Below are positions 59,512-64,000 of a stretch of DNA of 64,000 nt, in pieces. The notes below the pieces were generated by a model that did not search any database, was not told the DNA's origin, and saw only the letters and a program-made list of their open reading frames with translations. Made by a program: the position numbers and the translations under genes. Position 1 is the first letter of the stretch. Every line of letters begins with the position of its first letter. Origin of the DNA: Alphaproteobacteria bacterium (lineage in GTDB: Bacteria; Pseudomonadota; Alphaproteobacteria; UBA7887); the NCBI GenBank assembly GCA_965216755.1, contig CBDCGL010000011.1, positions 2,048,001 through 2,112,000 of the forward strand, given 5' to 3'.

Positions 59512-61236
59512 ATGGCCCGACCCAATGCCCTCGCCCAAATCCAGACACAAATCATGTGGGATCGCTTGATTGCAGTTGTTGAGGAGCAAGCGCAGACCTT
59601 GATCCGCACGGCCTTCAGCAATGTCGTGCGCGAGGCCGGCGATTTAAGCGCCGGTGTGTTTGACCTTGATGGCCGGATGTTGGCGCAAGCGGTGACCGGG
59701 ACGCCGGGACACGTCAATTCCATGGCCGCTTCGGTCGGTCATTTCCTGGATCGCTATCCCCGCAAATCCATGGAAGACGGGGATGTTTTTGTTACCAACG
59801 ACCCGTGGCACGGCACCGGCCATTTGCATGATTTCACGGTCGTCTCACCGGCTTTTCACGACGGTCGCATGGTGGCGATCTTTGCCTCCACTTGCCACGT
59901 CGTCGACGTTGGCGGCCTGGGTTTCGGGCCTGATGGGCGGCAAGTCTATGAAGAGGGGTTATACGTCCCCATCATGCGGTTGGCGCACCGGGGCACGATG
60001 AATGAGACCTTGCTCGACATTGTCCGGGCCAATGTGCGCGAACCTACCCAATTGGTGGGCGACCTGTACTCGCTGGCGGCATGCAATGAAACCGGCAGCC
60101 GCCGGCTCAACGCGATGATGTCGGAATTCGGCCTGCCAGATCTCACCCCCTTGGGCGACCACATTGTGGCGCGTTCCGAAGCCGCCACGCGCGACGCCAT
60201 TCGCGCCCTGCCATCCGGGCAGTATCGCAACAGCATGCGGATCGACGGCTACGACGAACCGGTCGATCTGGTCGCCACAATGACCATCGACGACGGCACG
60301 ATCGCGGTCGACTTTGCGGGCACATCGCCGGTTTCGGCACGCGGCATCAATGTGCCGATCGCCTATACGCAAGCCTATACGTCGTTTGGGGTCCGCTGTG
60401 TGGTCGGCCCGACAATTCCCAACAATGCCGGATCATTGGCGCCGATCCGCGTGACCGCCCCAGAGGGGTCGATTCTCAACGCACCGCACCCCTGCGCCGT
60501 CGCGGCCCGCCACGCGGTCGGTCAGATGTTGCCCGATGTCGTGCTCGGTTGCCTGCACCAGGCGATCGATGGTGTCGCGCCCGCGGAAGGAACATCGTGC
60601 CTATGGAATTTCGTCCTTTATGGCGGCCACGGCATTGCTGACGATGGCCACACGCATGCAGGCGCGACACCATTTACCGTAACTTGGTTTCACAATGGCG
60701 GCACGGGCGGTCGCCCGGGCGCTGACGGGCTGTCCGCGACCGCTTACCCCTCCGGCGTGCGCAATACCCCCGTGGAAATCAACGAGTCGATCTCACCACT
60801 GGTGGTTTGGCGCAAGGAATATCGGGCCGATTCGGGCGGTCCCGGACGATATCGGGGCGGTTGCGGTCAGGTGATGGAGATCACCAATCGGGACGGCGCG
60901 GCGTTCACATTGTCGTCGATGTTCGACCGTGTTGAATATGCCGCCCGCGGTCGCGCCGGCGGCCGCGATGGAGCGTGCGGGCGTCTCTATTGCACACCCA
61001 ACCACCAATTGCGGGCAAAGGGCCGTCAGACCGTGCCCGGCGGTGGCAAATTGGTTCTGGAAATGCCGGGCGGGGGTGGCTATGGCGATCCGCGCCTGCG
61101 GGCACCGGAAAAGGTTGCGCAAGATGTTCGGGACGGGCTGCTGACACCCGAGGCGGCACTGCGTGACTATGGCGTTGTTGTCGACCCGGCCGGGCGCTGG
61201 GACCCGGCGCGAACAACACAGATGCGCGACGGCTAA
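59512..61236 (+). CDS. hydantoinase B/oxoprolinase subunit
   Basis: RTAFS, GTPGH, NDPWHGTGHLHD, DSGGPGRYRGG, PGGGGYG. Confidence 0.93.
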   Translation: MARPNALAQIQTQIMWDRLIAVVEEQAQTLIRTAFSNVVREAGDLSAGVFDLDGRMLAQAVTGTPGHVNSMAASVGHFLDRYPRKSMEDGDVFVTNDPWHGTGHLHDFTVVSPAFHDGRMVAIFASTCHVVDVGGLGFGPDGRQVYEEGLYVPIMRLAHRGTMNETLLDIVRANVREPTQLVGDLYSLAACNETGSRRLNAMMSEFGLPDLTPLGDHIVARSEAATRDAIRALPSGQYRNSMRIDGYDEPVDLVATMTIDDGTIAVDFAGTSPVSARGINVPIAYTQAYTSFGVRCVVGPTIPNNAGSLAPIRVTAPEGSILNAPHPCAVAARHAVGQMLPDVVLGCLHQAIDGVAPAEGTSCLWNFVLYGGHGIADDGHTHAGATPFTVTWFHNGGTGGRPGADGLSATAYPSGVRNTPVEINESISPLVVWRKEYRADSGGPGRYRGGCGQVMEITNRDGAAFTLSSMFDRVEYAARGRAGGRDGACGRLYCTPNHQLRAKGRQTVPGGGKLVLEMPGGGGYGDPRLRAPEKVAQDVRDGLLTPEAALRDYGVVVDPAGRWDPARTTQMRDG

Positions 61237-61499
61237 AGCGACATGCCGTTTCCGGCCCTTTTGCCTGACGCGGTTGGCGCGTTGAGCCGCGCTTCTTGAA
61301 TGAAAAACACCTGCCACGGTCCAGGCAGCAGCTCGAACATTTCAAGCATGCGCGCAACAGCGGCGGGCGCACGACGGTCGCCGTCGATCCAGTGATTGGC
61401 CGCCCGTCCATTACAATGGACAAGTTGTGCGAACTGAGTCGCGGTGAGATTGTGCTTGGTCACAAAGTTTCGGACCGGGTTCTTTGCCGGCATTTCCAT
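61233..61499 (-). CDS. small Cro/XRE-like HTH protein
   Basis: 88 aa, GGGAGG RBS; LTATQFAQLVHCNGRAANHWIDG.R..P resembles an XRE helix-turn-helix. Confidence 0.6.
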   Translation of the reverse strand: MEMPAKNPVRNFVTKHNLTATQFAQLVHCNGRAANHWIDGDRRAPAAVARMLEMFELLPGPWQVFFIQEARLNAPTASGKRAGNGMSL

Positions 61500-62236
61500 T
61501 TTGCCCTCCCTGCCTTGAGACAGGTTGTTTCGCTCAGCCCCGCCGCGTTGGGCGGTTCTAGAGATTCCTGAATTGGCGGCCACGGTATCCGGCCAAAGGT
61601 CACCGAGCATGATGCAAACGAACTAGCGCACCTTCCGACCATACCGGGCCGATTGCGTTGTCGATCTGGCGTGGCGCCCCGCCTGAAGGGCGGCAGAGCG
61701 TGATGCCGGCGGATCAGACAAGCCGTCCGACGATGAAGTCGCCCACATGGCTTCTCGTTGGCGGCTCCCGCCATCGTCAACCGGCAGGGCCCGGCACATT
61801 TCCAGCAATCTCGGCGTCACCGTCCTCGACCATGCAGAGCGGGCCCAACAGCCCTATGTTGACACGCAAGGGCCGGTTAAAAGGGGTGACGTCGGCGACA
61901 AATTCGATCGAATTCGAGGTGGACTTACAGGCAGAACAAACATCACCTATTTGGGTGAGGTCAAGTGACAGCTAGACATTTTGGGAATTCTATTATTAAT
62001 TGCAATGGCAATCATCAGCCATATTATTGTTTGCGCCAAGCATAAAAGCTTTCACATGTGGCAATTTGGTTTTATGTGTCCCGAGCCGAGCACGTGGGAA
62101 TCAGAGACAGTCGTAAGATTATCACAACCTCCGATGTTTTTTTCATGGATAACAATAGTTTATGTTTTTTGCCTATTATTTGTGCAATGACGTGACAGAC
62201 ACCTAAGTCCGCGCCACTCGCCGGTTTGGCCGGCCC

Positions 62237-62339
62237 ATTTCCACAGGCTTATCCACAGCTTTCGTGGATAATTTATTGCGCTCATTTTTGCGACCATGCG
62301 TGGATCCTAGGCGGTTGTGCGTTGTACGCATCGTGGATT
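62237..62339. promoter_or_regulatory. DnaA-box cluster
   Basis: Perfect TTATCCACA at 62249-62257, ATTTCCACA at 62237, inverted TTATCCACG at 62263-62271, weaker inverted boxes near 62299 and 62332. Confidence 0.6.
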
Positions 62340-62523
62340 AAATCGCGATACAAAGCCCCTACTACCCGCATGACGCGAATCTATAGCAAACACATCGCGC
62401 GTGATTGGCGCCAAAACGGCACCGCTGACGCGTGGCCTGGTCGAGACTTCGTTTTGCCGTGATTTGGCGCTAGAGTTGGAACGAGACAGCAATTTTCAAC
62501 TCGATGAAAGTCTGGAACCAATC

Positions 62524-62901
62524 ATGCGCCAGGATGTGTCCCCTCTTTCGCTGAGCCGGCGCCACGGCGCTACCGGCCTAGTTATGTCCGCCACATTGTG
62601 TGTGGTCTTTGCGGCGTGCTTGGTAGCCTTTCTGCCAGCCAAGGCCCGTGCCGAACAACAAATCAGGATCGAGATTAGCAACGAGTCCGATATGAAACGC
62701 AGCATCGAGTTGCGCGATATGCTGTGCGAAGAACGGGTTGTATTCCGCGCAAAAATGGAACCAGGTGAGTCTAAGAAAGTGCGCATTTGCGCCGACGACC
62801 AGGGCATCGGCGCGGTCGCGGCCGTCGTGGCGACCGGCTGCGCGAGCGCCACGGTCAACATGCATCAAGGGCTCAAGAACGGTGACGTACTGGCGCCTTG
62901 A
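62524..62901 (+). CDS. secreted hypothetical protein
   Basis: Hydrophobic signal ending AKARA-E, small beta-rich mature domain with Cys; start uncertain (62524 or 62584). Confidence 0.6.
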   Translation: MRQDVSPLSLSRRHGATGLVMSATLCVVFAACLVAFLPAKARAEQQIRIEISNESDMKRSIELRDMLCEERVVFRAKMEPGESKKVRICADDQGIGAVAAVVATGCASATVNMHQGLKNGDVLAP

Positions 62902-63259
62902 TGTTCAGCGACTGTGCGGCAAGCGCGGCCCGGAGCGCGATGCCCTCATTCGATCCGCGTTGAGGCCGGGAGCTAAGTGCCTGAACACAATCTAGTGATC
63001 CGGGTGAACAAGTTCATAGTCGGGTTTGCGCAGACTTGCTATTGAGCGACCAAATAAGGACCACCGACACAATCGGAGGCCGTCATTCTCGACCGTCGCT
63101 GAGAACGCTCCGTGTTGGGTGCGTTAGTCTGATTGTTCGCGGTTCTGGTCCATGGTCACTGGCATTACAATTACCCGGAAATCTGATTTGGCGCCGTGTT
63201 CTTGCCAAGGGAACGGTGCGCGCGCGCGGCTCTTGCCGTGCGCCCAGAAGGGATTGCCG

Positions 63260-64000
63260 GTGCAGGACATCAGATTATGGCTGCAGGAGATCGGGTTGGG
63301 CCACTACGGTGACGTTTTCGCCCGTAATGACGTCGACCTGGACCTGTTGCCTGAATTGAGTGACGAAGATCTGCGCGAACTGGGTGTCTCGCTCGGTCAC
63401 AGGCGGCGCATCTTGAAGGAGATCGCAGACCGCCCTCAGCACGAGCCAACACAGCCTGACACCGCGGACGATCCTTTCGCCGCGGCTCCGGCCGCGGAGC
63501 GCCGTCAGATCACCGTCATGTTTTGCGACTTGGTCGGATCAACAGCGCTTTCGGAAAGTCTGGACCCTGAGGATTTGCGCCGTCTAATGGGTGCGTATCA
63601 ATCGACCGCGACGGCCGTCATCCGGCAATATGATGGCCATATCGCACAGTATCTTGGCGATGGCCTGCTGGTCTATTTTGGTTTTCCCCGTGCTCACGAG
63701 GACGATGCCCAACGGGCCGTGCGCGCCGGTTTGGAAGTGATCGACGCGATCCGCGCCATCGAATCCCCCATACCCTTGGCCGTGCGCGTGGGTATCGCGA
63801 CCGGGCGCGTCGTCGTCGGAGAAACGACCAGCGGTGACAGCTTCGTACCTGGCACGGCCGTCGGGGAGACACCCAATCGCGCCGCCCGCCTGCAAGCACT
63901 GGCGGACCCCAACACCGTGGTGATCGGCGAACGAACACGTCGTCTGTTGCGTGGCGCATTCGAACTGATCGATCTTGGCGAGCATCGCCTAAAAGGCTTG
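63260..64000 (+). CDS. SAM domain plus class III adenylate/guanylate cyclase (partial, runs off window)
   Basis: Not in the ORF track; manual translation from GTG: WLQEIGLGHY...LRELGVSLGHRRRIL (SAM), ERRQITVMFCDLVGST, YLGDG, VGIATG, GETPNRAARLQ. Confidence 0.92.
   Translation, partial: MQDIRLWLQEIGLGHYGDVFARNDVDLDLLPELSDEDLRELGVSLGHRRRILKEIADRPQHEPTQPDTADDPFAAAPAAERRQITVMFCDLVGSTALSESLDPEDLRRLMGAYQSTATAVIRQYDGHIAQYLGDGLLVYFGFPRAHEDDAQRAVRAGLEVIDAIRAIESPIPLAVRVGIATGRVVVGETTSGDSFVPGTAVGETPNRAARLQALADPNTVVIGERTRRLLRGAFELIDLGEHRLKGL

Noticed and set aside
62992-63162. Second MITE (CTAGTGATC...GGTCACTGG)
   Set aside because: Inverted match is too short and degenerate to support without other copies
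1-64000. CRISPR arrays, tRNA/rRNA genes, integrases, transposases, prophage or defence genes
   Set aside because: None recognised by eye; the three 24-bp repeats are irregularly spaced and in mixed orientation, unlike a CRISPR array

Overview
GC-rich bacterial chromosomal window, probably alphaproteobacterial (inferred from gene families), with no rRNA, tRNA, CRISPR array or transposase recognised. From left to right: a sarcosine oxidase operon (soxB-D-A-G); an FkbM methyltransferase; a complete but rearranged six-gene ebo cluster (eboD-E-C, inverted eboF, eboA-B) converging on a secreted cytochrome c plus sugar/sorbosone-dehydrogenase-like beta-propeller pair, with a DedA/VTT gene nearby; and a long run of catabolic genes (5 SDRs, 2 mandelate-racemase-family enzymes, 2 Fe/2OG dioxygenases, ThDP enzyme, acetoacetate decarboxylase-like protein, TRAP transporter with citryl-CoA lyase, CoA transferase and MaoC, aldolase-ADH-hydantoinase operon). 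It also holds a two-component system, a NIT-domain chemoreceptor, NnrS, several secreted hypothetical proteins and the start of a SAM-adenylate cyclase. Non-coding or decayed features read directly from the sequence: a ~300-bp MITE with 24-28-bp terminal inverted repeats and a third end that brackets a dioxygenase gene; a candidate two-hairpin sRNA with ACUCCC loops; two convergent pseudogenes fused by a deletion; a cupin remnant; and a DnaA-box cluster next to an AT-rich tract. The best candidate for an undescribed system is the ebo cluster plus periplasmic propeller oxidoreductase and cytochrome c. All calls rest on motif recognition by eye; no database searches were run.
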